From IMG/VR virus record IMGVR_UViG_3300035698_019240, positions 1 to 64,000 of that record: 64,000 bases of DNA. One strand, given 5' to 3'. The position numbers and the translations under genes are program-made. Shown here one piece after another: positions 20,983 through 30,246 of the stretch (its first letter is position 1; every line of letters starts with the position of its first letter). The stretch comes from a virus. The notes below the pieces were generated by a model. The model saw nothing but the letters and a program-made list of their open reading frames with translations, was not told the origin of the DNA and did not search any database.

Positions 20983-21001
20983 TATTAATTTCTCCTGTAA
21001 C

Positions 21002-21009
21002 TATTTATA
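21002..21009 (-). promoter_or_regulatory. T4-type late promoter TATAAATA
   Basis: Exact motif upstream of the HNH gene. Confidence 0.5.
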
Positions 21010-21052
21010 AAAGTCACGGAGAAATGTGATGTTTTCGGAGAAGCAATGGTGG

Positions 21053-21433
21053 TTATAGACTACTTATTGATTCCATATCGCGTAGTAGAGCATATAAATA
21101 TTCTTCTCTGAGATACTTTATAAAATCACCATCATTTAATTCTTCAAAAGGATTTACAACCTCATTCATTAAAGTAATAATCCACCACAAGAATGGTGTA
21201 CCATAAACATTATATGATATATTATCCCACCACTCATCATTACCTACTTCGTAAGTATTGTAGAAAGTGGCATCATTAACTATATCGTCATTAGTATTAA
21301 AAGACCTAAAAATATTCATGAATTTTGTACCGTCATGATCTTTTAGTATATTGAATAATTTTATAAAACTAGCATTGTTTAATTTTTTACCAGTTTCTTC
21401 ATAATAGCTTGTATTTGTTCTTGTTACAGTCAT
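21053..21433 (-). CDS. Baseplate wedge subunit (gp53-like)
   Basis: YEV...EWWDNISYNVYGTPFLWWIITLMN.V.NPF. Confidence 0.8.
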   Translation of the reverse strand: MTVTRTNTSYYEETGKKLNNASFIKLFNILKDHDGTKFMNIFRSFNTNDDIVNDATFYNTYEVGNDEWWDNISYNVYGTPFLWWIITLMNEVVNPFEELNDGDFIKYLREEYLYALLRDMESISSL

Positions 21434-21450
21434 TGTCTGTTCTCCAAATA

Positions 21451-21500
21451 AAAAAGTCTCAAAGGTATTTCACTTATAAGTGAGAAGCCCTTGAGACTTT
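21451..21500 (-). terminator. Stem-loop with U tract immediately before the RBS of the gp53-like gene
   Basis: Minus strand aaagtctcaagg...cctttgagactttttt. Confidence 0.6.
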
Positions 21501-21640
21501 AAAAAATTGTCCATTAGTTTGTAACTAAAGTGCGACTATTAATATTTATGTTGGAGTGTATGAATATATTTTATTATTTCCAAAATTTCTTGTATATATT
21601 AATATCTAAAATGTAATATTCCTTATAACCAAACCATATC

Positions 21641-22456
21641 TTATCCTTTCACCATTCCTTCCAAATTATTCATTAACTCATCAGTACTGTAAGTGTTTTC
21701 AATTTTTACCATTACTGATTTACCATCAGTCCATACTTCCCGCTCATCTCTAGGAAGTGGCTTACCAGCTGTTACTAACTTTATACCATTTTTATTAGGA
21801 TCAAAATCTTTGTTAAGAGTACTAACAGTATTACCGTCATAATTTTTTAACCATTTTACTGTAGAAGTCATATAATCCTCTGTAACTCGATCAATATTCC
21901 CTCTTTTTTCTACATATTCATCAAATTTTTTCATAGCAATCTTTAGTGTTTTCCAATCTTTATCTATACCTATACTATCTGGAGAATCATCATGCTTATC
22001 AAGAACATCTGCAAGCACATAATCAAAATTCTTGTTAAATACTCTTAAACTTCCAATCTCTTTGAAAGAAAACCATATATCTTCTTTAGATGCCACAGCT
22101 ATTTTAGATCCATCATACGGAAACACAGCGTAACCTATACCATGACCCGATGTTCTGCCTTGAAATGTTGTACATATAAGTGATCTACCTCTTTTTGGAA
22201 ATTTCTTCCAACTTGGTAAGTTATCCATTAAGAGTGTATAATGATTTGATGTGTTTGCTGATTCTCGTGGACTACCAGATTTAGGATCCACTAATAGGGC
22301 TTCTTTATTATTATTAATACCTCTATATATTCTTGCTGTATCTTTATGATATGCTTTAGCTGCCTTCATACACTTATTCTTTATAATATCATAAGCTTCA
22401 TCAAGTTCTATTTTTTTACTTCTGCCTTCTGTTAGTAGATATGATTCTAATCTCAT
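21641..22456 (-). CDS. Hypothetical protein, possible internal head protein
   Basis: MRLESYLLTE leader; IYRG motif; paralog of 22934. Confidence 0.65.
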   Translation of the reverse strand: MRLESYLLTEGRSKKIELDEAYDIIKNKCMKAAKAYHKDTARIYRGINNNKEALLVDPKSGSPRESANTSNHYTLLMDNLPSWKKFPKRGRSLICTTFQGRTSGHGIGYAVFPYDGSKIAVASKEDIWFSFKEIGSLRVFNKNFDYVLADVLDKHDDSPDSIGIDKDWKTLKIAMKKFDEYVEKRGNIDRVTEDYMTSTVKWLKNYDGNTVSTLNKDFDPNKNGIKLVTAGKPLPRDEREVWTDGKSVMVKIENTYSTDELMNNLEGMVKG

Positions 22457-22947
22457 CTGCTATATTTTCCTATGTCAAATAATTTACCGTTTGTCTTGAG
22501 AAAGTCATTACCAGGGAATACCTGCCCATGCATAACGGCATATACACCGTAAGGTAAACTCTGTACGGCATGTAATGCGTAGCCTATATTTATACATGTT
22601 TCTATTTTATTATCAATGTACGGAACCATTGATCCTGTTATTACTATTGTTTTGTCGCACTTGAGTGACACTAAGTTCCTTGCTGTGAAGTGCATTTTGT
22701 CCGTACCATGTGTTACGATTATTCTGTCACTCTCTAAACTTAGTACCTTACGAGCTACAGTGTCTCTATCAGCTTCACTCATGACAAGGCTATCCTTACT
22801 CATCAATTTGTGTATCTCATATTTCACATCTGTATGTTTCAATATATCTTCAATTACAGGTAAACCTACATGTAAAGGTGTTATTTTATCTAATGTACCG
22901 CCACATGTAATTATACTTATTATAGGGTCTTCTTTAAATTTTTTCAT
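22453..22947 (-). CDS. Short-chain (single-domain) asparaginase-like protein
   Basis: TCGGTLDK, THGTD and VITGSMVP motifs. Confidence 0.8.
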   Translation of the reverse strand: MKKFKEDPIISIITCGGTLDKITPLHVGLPVIEDILKHTDVKYEIHKLMSKDSLVMSEADRDTVARKVLSLESDRIIVTHGTDKMHFTARNLVSLKCDKTIVITGSMVPYIDNKIETCINIGYALHAVQSLPYGVYAVMHGQVFPGNDFLKTNGKLFDIGKYSR

Positions 22948-23548
22948 TAAAACACCTCTTTAAAGTAACTTCATATTTTCTATCTATAATATAATACCTG
23001 TTCACATCAAACATAATTTCATTTCCTGACATTGCAGCATCGTTTAATCTTTTAGATTTATATAGTTTAACTGTTTCTTTGGCCCAATTTTCAAGGCCTT
23101 CTTCTTTTGAACCTTCATAGTTATGAGTATAATTGGACTTGAAATCATCCAAATAACTATGAGTATAAAAATCTTTTATTTTAGGAGACCATATATATCT
23201 ATATTTACCTATTGGAAAGAAAAGATGTGGTATACCGTAAACTGTTGAGGTTCTACTATTACCTGTTGCAAAAACTCCTTGAGTTCTTGGCTTCCAACCA
23301 AATTTACTATTAAATGTATTATCAATCTCTCTAGTTACATCTTCTGGTGTATCAGTAGGTTTCCTATCCTTTCGTCTTTTTTTATTTTGAATACCATCAT
23401 GATCATTTGTCATTCTGGTACCTCTGTACAAAAATTTTGATGATACTGGAAATTCTTTTAGAAAAGGTTTACATTCTCTCCTTATTTTAACAACTATATA
23501 CTTAACAGCATCTTCAAAATCTTCATTTATGTAAGTTTCTAATCTCAT
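22934..23548 (-). CDS. Hypothetical protein, paralog of 21641
   Basis: MRLETYINE leader; LYRG...R.P.DT...FP.G motifs. Confidence 0.65.
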   Translation of the reverse strand: MRLETYINEDFEDAVKYIVVKIRRECKPFLKEFPVSSKFLYRGTRMTNDHDGIQNKKRRKDRKPTDTPEDVTREIDNTFNSKFGWKPRTQGVFATGNSRTSTVYGIPHLFFPIGKYRYIWSPKIKDFYTHSYLDDFKSNYTHNYEGSKEEGLENWAKETVKLYKSKRLNDAAMSGNEIMFDVNRYYIIDRKYEVTLKRCFNEKI

Positions 23549-23763
23549 TCAATCTCCCACATACCATCCCATGACTTCTTATATTTTCTTTTCTTTATGA
23601 TATCTTCAAGTTTTTCTATATCACTTCCTACTACTTGTGGATACAGTGAACCTATCATTGTATTTATAAGGTATTCTCTTAACCTTATTTGTTCCTTTAT
23701 TTCTTCGTCTGATAATTTGTTACAATCATTCACATTCACATACAAAGTATTATTCACAATCAC
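23545..23763 (-). CDS. Hypothetical protein, paralog of 44772
   Basis: L..(D/E)EIKEQI..R motif shared with 44772. Confidence 0.55.
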   Translation of the reverse strand: MIVNNTLYVNVNDCNKLSDEEIKEQIRLREYLINTMIGSLYPQVVGSDIEKLEDIIKKRKYKKSWDGMWEIE

Positions 23764-23960
23764 TCTCCACCTACATATTCAAAATCGTGTTTCTTTAAAT
23801 AGGCTTTCAATTCTTTTTCATCTTTAAAATGTTCGTCTTTTTCAACACCATATGTATAATATTCTTCACCTCTTAATTCTACAAATAGTATCTCTCCATC
23901 CTCATTGATCCATTCTGATTCTTCAATCATAGTTTTCACATAATTATTAAATCTACTCAT
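23760..23960 (-). CDS. Small acidic hypothetical protein
   Basis: Probable start MSRFNNYVKTMIEE. Confidence 0.55.
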   Translation of the reverse strand: MSRFNNYVKTMIEESEWINEDGEILFVELRGEEYYTYGVEKDEHFKDEKELKAYLKKHDFEYVGGE

Positions 23961-24131
23961 TATTTCCATATCCTCTTAGCCAGATTATCAGGCAAACTTC
24001 GCCAACACCATAATATATAACACGCGATACTTCCTACAACCAATTGTAGGAAGAATATTGCCAGTTCTTCAAACATAACCTTATCCTCCCTCAGTAGTTA
24101 TTTACTACTCTATGATATTTATGCTAATCGT

Positions 24132-24320
24132 TCAACTTCTATTGTGATTTTTTTTACCACAATTTATACATTTCTCAGTAACAGCATATACATAATATTC
24201 TATAGGACAAATACTCGTTGGATTTAGTCTCTTTATACTTCTAAGAAAATCATTATGTGTATCTTTAAATATGTGACAACAAAAGAGTTGTTTGAAAAAT
24301 TTCTTTATTTTATGTATCAT
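24132..24320 (-). CDS. Hypothetical protein
   Basis: KQLFCCH...CINCGK. Confidence 0.5.
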   Translation of the reverse strand: MIHKIKKFFKQLFCCHIFKDTHNDFLRSIKRLNPTSICPIEYYVYAVTEKCINCGKKNHNRS

Positions 24321-24342
24321 CTATATTCATCCTTTCTTTATT

Positions 24343-24885
24343 TTATATATAATCTATTTCTACATGCATCCATTCATCATCATGTATAGCTGTAAATTTA
24401 CCAATCTTTACCTCTTTCCAGTTATCATTTAGTGTCAGTACATACTTAATCAACTCTTGAAAATCCCCAAGTGTTTCTATTGGTAAACTTAATATTAAAT
24501 CAGGTGTTGGTATTTTTAATGTCAACGGTGGTTTATCTCTATTTCTAAATCTTTCAACATATGGAGGTCCGTAATCTACCAAATGACACGGCTCTGGTGG
24601 CGGTGGCCATGGTCCATTTGGATGCACTTTATGTGTAGGCGGTGGTAGAGTAGGCTTATCAGGAACAGGCGGTGGTAGAGTAGGCTTATCAGGAACAGGC
24701 GGTGGCGGTGGACAAGGCATATTAGGAACTGTTGATGGTTGTTCTGGTTCATAACCTGATCCTCTTGGCCATGGTTCACTTGGTTGTATACCACATTGAT
24801 AAACTTTACCTGAATCTTTGATTTTACCTATAAGAAAATCAGTACTATTAGGCATATCAGGTCTTGCAGGGCTAATGTAAATCAA
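24343..24885 (-). CDS. Proline-rich hypothetical protein
   Basis: Poly-Pro; 30-nt tandem duplication encoding PPPVPDKPTL. Confidence 0.5.
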   Translation of the reverse strand: MIYISPARPDMPNSTDFLIGKIKDSGKVYQCGIQPSEPWPRGSGYEPEQPSTVPNMPCPPPPPVPDKPTLPPPVPDKPTLPPPTHKVHPNGPWPPPPEPCHLVDYGPPYVERFRNRDKPPLTLKIPTPDLILSLPIETLGDFQELIKYVLTLNDNWKEVKIGKFTAIHDDEWMHVEIDYI

Positions 24886-24924
24886 AAAATTTCTTTATAA
24901 ATTTCCATATTTTCTTTAATTTTG

Positions 24925-25413
24925 TCATATTATTTTCCTTTCTATTATTGCTACCGTATCATGTATTGCTCCACCGTGACTCAAGAGTAACACTTCCTCT
25001 TGTTCAAAACCACGGGTCTTACCCATACTCACGGAGTGGTAGCCAAAGGTTATTACTATACCATCTTTAACTAATAAATCACTAAGGTTATTTTTCACAG
25101 CATTGAATGTACTCATTGTACGGCCACCGTACATCTCCATACTCTTTCTATATGAGTATGGGGGATCAAGTAACACTGTTTCAAATACTACATTATCTTT
25201 AAACAATTCAACTAATTGTAGACCATCCTCATGGTAATCTGATGGCGACTCTGGATCACTATCATTTCTTATTTCATTAACCCCTTCTAACTCAGTAATA
25301 CCTGCAAACAGGTTTAATGTTAAACCTTCACAACGACTTTCAACCCATTCCCGTATCCTTCTATTTCTAAAAGTGTATTTATACAGTGGTGTCTTCATGT
25401 ATGTAAATTTCAT
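24925..25413 (-). CDS. Small SAM-dependent amino-methyltransferase (probable DNA adenine MTase)
   Basis: LNLFAG (motif I) and LLDPPY (motif IV). Confidence 0.7.
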   Translation of the reverse strand: MKFTYMKTPLYKYTFRNRRIREWVESRCEGLTLNLFAGITELEGVNEIRNDSDPESPSDYHEDGLQLVELFKDNVVFETVLLDPPYSYRKSMEMYGGRTMSTFNAVKNNLSDLLVKDGIVITFGYHSVSMGKTRGFEQEEVLLLSHGGAIHDTVAIIERKII

Positions 25414-25709
25414 ATCTCTATCTCCTTAAATAGTTCATCTACATCTATAATAGGTTTATCTTCTATCCAATTTTTATTACAAGCCCATGTATATCCTGAA
25501 ATTTTATCATATATCGCAAAATGATAAGTGGCACTATCATTATTATTGTAATATTTGTCTATAGTAAACTCTTTACCGAATATATGAAACATTTCACTGT
25601 CAATATAACTTTTATTTGCATGAAATCCTCCACATTTATCCTTTAGTATTTTAAATTCTTCTCTCATCTTATCCAGAGTTTTGAATTTTACCTTATCTCC
25701 TACTTTCAT
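25410..25709 (-). CDS. Tail-tagged small protein, family B
   Basis: GDKVKFKTL...MFHIFG; ends [13 protein letters not shown]. Confidence 0.8.
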   Translation of the reverse strand: MKVGDKVKFKTLDKMREEFKILKDKCGGFHANKSYIDSEMFHIFGKEFTIDKYYNNNDSATYHFAIYDKISGYTWACNKNWIEDKPIIDVDELFKEIEI

Positions 25710-25951
25710 ATATCTATATCCTCAAACAATTCATTAACATTCATAATAAGATCATCCACCATAAACAAATCATTAAATGAGTAATTGTTTTCTTGTCCAT
25801 TATCCCATTCTATACTTATCCAGTCCTTAAAACCTTCTGTGTGATTTTTTACTGTACCCACTACCTTTGATTTGCTATACCAAGGATTAGATGGACGATT
25901 AAAATATCGATCATCTATAAGTCCTACTCTGTCTCCTATCTTAAATTTCAT
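25706..25951 (-). CDS. Tail-tagged small protein, family A (SH3-like)
   Basis: IGDRV...IEWDNG..NNY; ends IMNVNELFEDIDI. Confidence 0.8.
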   Translation of the reverse strand: MKFKIGDRVGLIDDRYFNRPSNPWYSKSKVVGTVKNHTEGFKDWISIEWDNGQENNYSFNDLFMVDDLIMNVNELFEDIDI

Positions 25952-26172
25952 ATATCTATATCCTTAAATAGATCATCAACATCAAGTAACATTGAATCCT
26001 TACACTCTTTATAAGTATGTTCACCACCAAATAGTGAACTAGTATTTTCACAATTCCATTCACATGAACGATTTGTTTTAATATGAGGCACTTTATGAAA
26101 ACATCCCACTACTGTACAATAATCATATGCACTACATATAACTTTATTCTTATACATTATAACACTTTTCAC
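25948..26172 (-). CDS. Tail-tagged small protein, family C (Cys/His-rich)
   Basis: C..C.H..PH..C; ends LLDVDDLFKDIDI. Confidence 0.75.
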   Translation of the reverse strand: MKSVIMYKNKVICSAYDYCTVVGCFHKVPHIKTNRSCEWNCENTSSLFGGEHTYKECKDSMLLDVDDLFKDIDI

Positions 26173-26187
26173 GCATATTGTAAATTT

Positions 26188-26328
26188 TTATTTAATTCCC
26201 CATGTGACGAATTTTTCTGCCAATCTTTCTGCTAATTTCATATATTTTAATAAAATCAATGTCATAACTATTACCCATACAGGTGCCAAACATGTGTAAA
26301 ATATAATATTTTTAATTCCTTTTCTCAT
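26188..26328 (-). CDS. Small hydrophobic peptide (46 aa)
   Basis: Hand-translated; starts at the ATGA overlap with the upstream tagged gene. Confidence 0.5.
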   Translation of the reverse strand: MRKGIKNIIFYTCLAPVWVIVMTLILLKYMKLAERLAEKFVTWGIK

Positions 26329-26561
26329 ATATCTATCTCCTCAAATAGTTCATCTACATCAATAATAGGATCCTCATCTACTATAAATAATTGATGAGGT
26401 TCGTAATTGTTTTCTTGTCCATTATCCCATTCTACACTTACCCAATCCCATTTTGATAATAAAGTACCTATAATTCCAGTCTTACTATACCATGGATTAG
26501 CGGCTCTGTTAGTGTAAATATCATCATATAGACCTACCCTATCACCTACTTTAAATTTCAT
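26325..26561 (-). CDS. Tail-tagged small protein, family A
   Basis: Ends IIDVDELFEEIDI. Confidence 0.8.
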   Translation of the reverse strand: MKFKVGDRVGLYDDIYTNRAANPWYSKTGIIGTLLSKWDWVSVEWDNGQENNYEPHQLFIVDEDPIIDVDELFEEIDI

Positions 26562-26815
26562 ATATCAATCTCCGAAAATAACTCGTCCACATCCATGATG
26601 TTTTCAATTACTTCAAACAGTTCGCCTCTACTGTATCCGTTTTTAAGTCCGTTATCCCACATTACAGATGGATGCCAACCAGACCTTAATATAGTACCTA
26701 CAATTCCAGTCTCACTATACCATGGATTATGGTCATTATTTGCGTATAAACCTACTCTATCACCAACTTCCCATTTTCTATTATCTTTTTTTCTTATATC
26801 TTTTCCTTTTATCAT
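26558..26815 (-). CDS. Tail-tagged small protein, family A
   Basis: Ends IMDVDELFSEIDI. Confidence 0.8.
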   Translation of the reverse strand: MIKGKDIRKKDNRKWEVGDRVGLYANNDHNPWYSETGIVGTILRSGWHPSVMWDNGLKNGYSRGELFEVIENIMDVDELFSEIDI

Positions 26816-27027
26816 ATCTCTATATCCTCAAACAGTTCATCTACATCTATTATTATATTCACTTCTTCCTTACAAAATACAGCAATTTCCCACTTAAACC
26901 TGGCATGATAACATTCGTTACGCTTACACTCATCACCACTATTCATAGGTATATGAGGAGTTCTGTGAGAACATGTACGCCTATCACATTTATCACTATA
27001 TTCACATATAATTTTTTGTTCTATCAT
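26812..27027 (-). CDS. Tail-tagged small protein, family C
   Basis: Ends IIDVDELFEDIEI. Confidence 0.8.
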   Translation of the reverse strand: MIEQKIICEYSDKCDRRTCSHRTPHIPMNSGDECKRNECYHARFKWEIAVFCKEEVNIIIDVDELFEDIEI

Positions 27028-27212
27028 ATATCTATATCCTCAAACAACTCATCAACATCCATTAATTTTTCATCTAAAGGAACGCATTTATGATTAGTCT
27101 CTTGCATACAAATGGCTCCACATCGTAAAGATTTACAATGAGGCACCATGTGATTACACATATCACAATCTAATTTACATATGTTCGCTGATTCACATAT
27201 ATATAATGTCAT
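27024..27212 (-). CDS. Tail-tagged small protein, family C
   Basis: Ends LMDVDELFEDIDI. Confidence 0.8.
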   Translation of the reverse strand: MTLYICESANICKLDCDMCNHMVPHCKSLRCGAICMQETNHKCVPLDEKLMDVDELFEDIDI

Positions 27213-27514
27213 ATATCAATCTCCTTAAATAGGTCGTCTACATCCATTATGATTTCAATAAACGGTACAATCCAATCATACTTGAAACTCCAAAACCTCC
27301 TGTTTATTAGATCCCAGATTACAAAATCGTATTTAGAATACGGTTGTTTTACATACTGTATCGTCTGTTCCCAACCGAACATATGAAACATTTTCTTATT
27401 GATTAACCATCCACCAATAACAATACTTTCATCATCACGACAGTAACAATCATATTGTAGTTTTATATCTTCAAGAGTTTTTAACTTTATTATGTCATTT
27501 TTTACGTATGTCAT
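27209..27514 (-). CDS. Tail-tagged small protein, family B
   Basis: Ends IMDVDDLFKEIDI. Confidence 0.8.
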   Translation of the reverse strand: MTYVKNDIIKLKTLEDIKLQYDCYCRDDESIVIGGWLINKKMFHMFGWEQTIQYVKQPYSKYDFVIWDLINRRFWSFKYDWIVPFIEIIMDVDDLFKEIDI

Positions 27515-27858
27515 TACACATCATCCGTATCATATAACAGGTTAATAACTATATTTGCTATATCAATTTTATGCTCGTTAATTGTTTTTTTAATAATTGG
27601 CATATGGTAATTTTTCTCATTTTTTGATATATACAAGGCCAAATTGTGTGTCTTTACTCGTATATGGTCAGTAATCATCAAATCCTTTACCACTTGTCCA
27701 ACCGGCACACATTCTTCCTTAACCATTCCATCGAAGTCGTTTCCATCAATCTTGTTACTCTCTTTATCATTAAACCATGATTCAACTCTTGCCATTCGTT
27801 GTTCCATTTTCTTCATCCATCTTTGTGTTATATTATCTGTCTTTTTAAGTTTCATCAT
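27514..27858 (-). CDS. Hypothetical protein (untagged)
   Basis: AGGAG RBS; lies within the array. Confidence 0.6.
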   Translation of the reverse strand: MMKLKKTDNITQRWMKKMEQRMARVESWFNDKESNKIDGNDFDGMVKEECVPVGQVVKDLMITDHIRVKTHNLALYISKNEKNYHMPIIKKTINEHKIDIANIVINLLYDTDDV

Positions 27859-27870
27859 AATTTCTCTCCT

Positions 27871-28167
27871 TTATATGTCTATACCCTCAAACAACTCATC
27901 AACATCAATGATAGTTTTATCTTCTATCCATTCTTTACAAAAACTCCATCCGAAATCATAATCATTTTCATATATCTCAAAGTCATAACCATCATAATTA
28001 TCATCATCATATACTCTATATATGATATTTGTATTTCCGAAAATGTGAAACATTTTCTTATTGATAAAATATCCGTTAACATGAATTCCGCTAAGGCCTT
28101 CGTCCCAAGGAAAAATTTCCTTTATCTTATCCAAACTCATTAGTTTTATCTTATCTCCTGCTTTCAT
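27871..28167 (-). CDS. Tail-tagged small protein, family B
   Basis: Ends IIDVDELFEGIDI. Confidence 0.8.
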   Translation of the reverse strand: MKAGDKIKLMSLDKIKEIFPWDEGLSGIHVNGYFINKKMFHIFGNTNIIYRVYDDDNYDGYDFEIYENDYDFGWSFCKEWIEDKTIIDVDELFEGIDI

Positions 28168-28388
28168 ATCTCTATATCCTCAAACAATTCATCAACATCC
28201 ATTATTGAGTCTTCTTTAGGTTTACAACCATCAAATTTTCGGTCTTCACCACCTATAGTTACAGTACAATCTATTGCACAATCATTTGTATATTTATGTT
28301 TACCTCTATGACTGCAATGCATCAATGGACAATTCCCTTCTATCCAACCATCACATTCCACAATTTCATGATATTCAATATCTCTCAT
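28164..28388 (-). CDS. Tail-tagged small protein, family C
   Basis: Ends IMDVDELFEDIEI. Confidence 0.8.
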   Translation of the reverse strand: MRDIEYHEIVECDGWIEGNCPLMHCSHRGKHKYTNDCAIDCTVTIGGEDRKFDGCKPKEDSIMDVDELFEDIEI

Positions 28389-28690
28389 ATGTCTATCTCC
28401 GAGAATAAGTCGTCTACATCCATTATGATTTCCTTATCTATCCACTTTTCACTAAATGCCCAAATACCCTCAGGACCTATTATATCAAAATCATAACCTC
28501 TCCCATTATTATTTTTCAATAAGTTGTTGATTCTCCATGACTTCCCGAACATATCAAGCATAAAACCATTAATGTGTAGATTCCCAACATTAAAATTTCT
28601 ACTATTAAGTATCTCTTTCAAACTGTATTGTAATTTTATTTGTCTAAGAGTTTTCAGTTTTATCTTATCTCCTACTTTCATATCTTTCAT
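28385..28690 (-). CDS. Tail-tagged small protein, family B
   Basis: Ends IMDVDDLFSEIDI. Confidence 0.8.
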   Translation of the reverse strand: MKDMKVGDKIKLKTLRQIKLQYSLKEILNSRNFNVGNLHINGFMLDMFGKSWRINNLLKNNNGRGYDFDIIGPEGIWAFSEKWIDKEIIMDVDDLFSEIDI

Positions 28691-28899
28691 ATCTCTATAT
28701 CCTCAAACAGTTTATCTACATCAATGATAGGACCATCATCTATTACTATCAATTCTGACTCAGTGTATATAACCGTATTTGGTTGATAATCCCATCTAAC
28801 ATGTATAGGATAATGCAACTCATAGTCAACTATCTTAACAGTTCCATGCCTCTTAAGGAGACCACTTTTTAACTTTACTCTATCATCGACTTTTATCAT
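28687..28899 (-). CDS. Tail-tagged small protein, family A
   Basis: Ends IIDVDKLFEDIEI. Confidence 0.8.
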   Translation of the reverse strand: MIKVDDRVKLKSGLLKRHGTVKIVDYELHYPIHVRWDYQPNTVIYTESELIVIDDGPIIDVDKLFEDIEI

Positions 28900-29312
28900 T
28901 ATTCAATAGCCATGAGTACTTTTTTTACCAGGCTTCCATCTACTGTTCCTTTCAATTCTTTCATTATTGGTCCCATTGCTTTCATCTTATTATGAAATTT
29001 ACTCAAGTCTACATTGGTCTTGATATACTCTTTTATGTCATCCTCGGATAGCAAATTTTCTTCCGGCAAGTATCCTTCAACTATATCAAGATATGTAGAA
29101 GTTTTATATTTCTTAGCATCAAGTACCATCTTTTCGTTTTTCCTTAGACCTTTCAGGATGTATACCAATTCGGCATCTGTTACTACTTCACCTACCTTTT
29201 TGTTCAACCGTGGTACCTCACCAAGTATGACCCGTATAGCACTACTCCTCAATGGCGTCTCGGCCTTCATACTTTCTTTTAAGTCTTTTCGTAATCTTTC
29301 ATATATAGTCAT
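28899..29312 (-). CDS. GatB/YqeY domain protein
   Basis: DLKESMKA...IRVIL.E...YLP..LSEDDI...MG.IMKELKG.VDG..VKK. Confidence 0.8.
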   Translation of the reverse strand: MTIYERLRKDLKESMKAETPLRSSAIRVILGEVPRLNKKVGEVVTDAELVYILKGLRKNEKMVLDAKKYKTSTYLDIVEGYLPEENLLSEDDIKEYIKTNVDLSKFHNKMKAMGPIMKELKGTVDGSLVKKVLMAIE

Positions 29313-29497
29313 TTACTAACTCCTTTCTTATTACAGTTTAATTGTTATAATTTCACGATCCTCATCACTAGGTACCTCATGTTCAGCACACCATTCGTTG
29401 AACATACCTGTTGTTATATCAAATCCATCCTCCCAGTCTGTTACCTTTTTACAAACAGTACAGTATTTTCTAAGTTGTTCATCATTGAAGTCCATAG

Positions 29498-29905
29498 TTA
29501 TATCCTTTCTACAAAAAATGGTAAACAGAAATTGAATGTATGTTTACAGTCGGCACACATTACATTTATTGACATTCCCCCTCTTGGTCCTCCACATATG
29601 TACTCACAACCACAATCAGGACAACACCTTTCTAATAGTATCCTTTTGAGTAGAGTGTCACTATCCATTTCAATTTTATCACATAAGGAGTCACATTCTT
29701 TCTCGCAGGGTTTACATGGGTATTTTACCTCAAGTATATCACCTCTAAGGGCTTCAGGAACTCTAACAAATCCCATCGACTTCCATCTTGGGTCTCCTGG
29801 CTGTATATCTTCATTAACCTTTTCTTTATTTTTAAGTATTGCTTCGACAAATACAAACACAAAAAATAATATCAAACCTATCAAACCTATTGTTGTCCAT
29901 TCCAT
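29498..29905 (-). CDS. Membrane-anchored Cys-rich protein, paralog of 32499
   Basis: N-terminal hydrophobic segment; YPCK.C...CCPDCG...C.DC.H.F. Confidence 0.7.
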   Translation of the reverse strand: MEWTTIGLIGLILFFVFVFVEAILKNKEKVNEDIQPGDPRWKSMGFVRVPEALRGDILEVKYPCKPCEKECDSLCDKIEMDSDTLLKRILLERCCPDCGCEYICGGPRGGMSINVMCADCKHTFNFCLPFFVERI

Positions 29906-29909
29906 TCCA

Positions 29910-30047
29910 TTACTCTCCTTTATTCAATTTATTCTTAGCACGTTCATAGTTGTTCGTCCTATTAAGTAGTTCAGTATACTTATCCTTTTCTATACTATTG
30001 TAAAGTCCTAAAGCAATCAATATTAATACCATTAAAATATATTCCAT
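29910..30047 (-). CDS. Small membrane-anchored peptide (45 aa)
   Basis: Hand-translated MEYILMVLILIALG...RTNNYERAK. Confidence 0.55.
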   Translation of the reverse strand: MEYILMVLILIALGLYNSIEKDKYTELLNRTNNYERAKNKLNKGE

Positions 30048-30053
30048 TATCAG

Positions 30054-30245
30054 TTACTCCTTTATTATATATTGTCTTTCACATTGATAACATTTCAAAC
30101 CTTCAGGCAGTGTAACACCACAACTGGGACAATCAATATCATTTTCACTAATGAAGTGATCATTTTTCCTCAGGTTTTCAAGTCGTGTGATACCACCTAT
30201 GCAATACTTTATCGTATCTAATATGTCTATCAAAAATCGTTTCAT
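30054..30245 (-). CDS. Small zinc-ribbon protein
   Basis: CPSC...CYQC. Confidence 0.55.
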   Translation of the reverse strand: MKRFLIDILDTIKYCIGGITRLENLRKNDHFISENDIDCPSCGVTLPEGLKCYQCERQYIIKE

Positions 30246-30246
30246 A

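Noticed and set aside
25410-28899. CRISPR array or integron attC array
   Set aside because: Repeats are in-frame coding, 190-300 nt apart, vary at wobble positions and are not palindromic; no cas or integrase gene is in the window.
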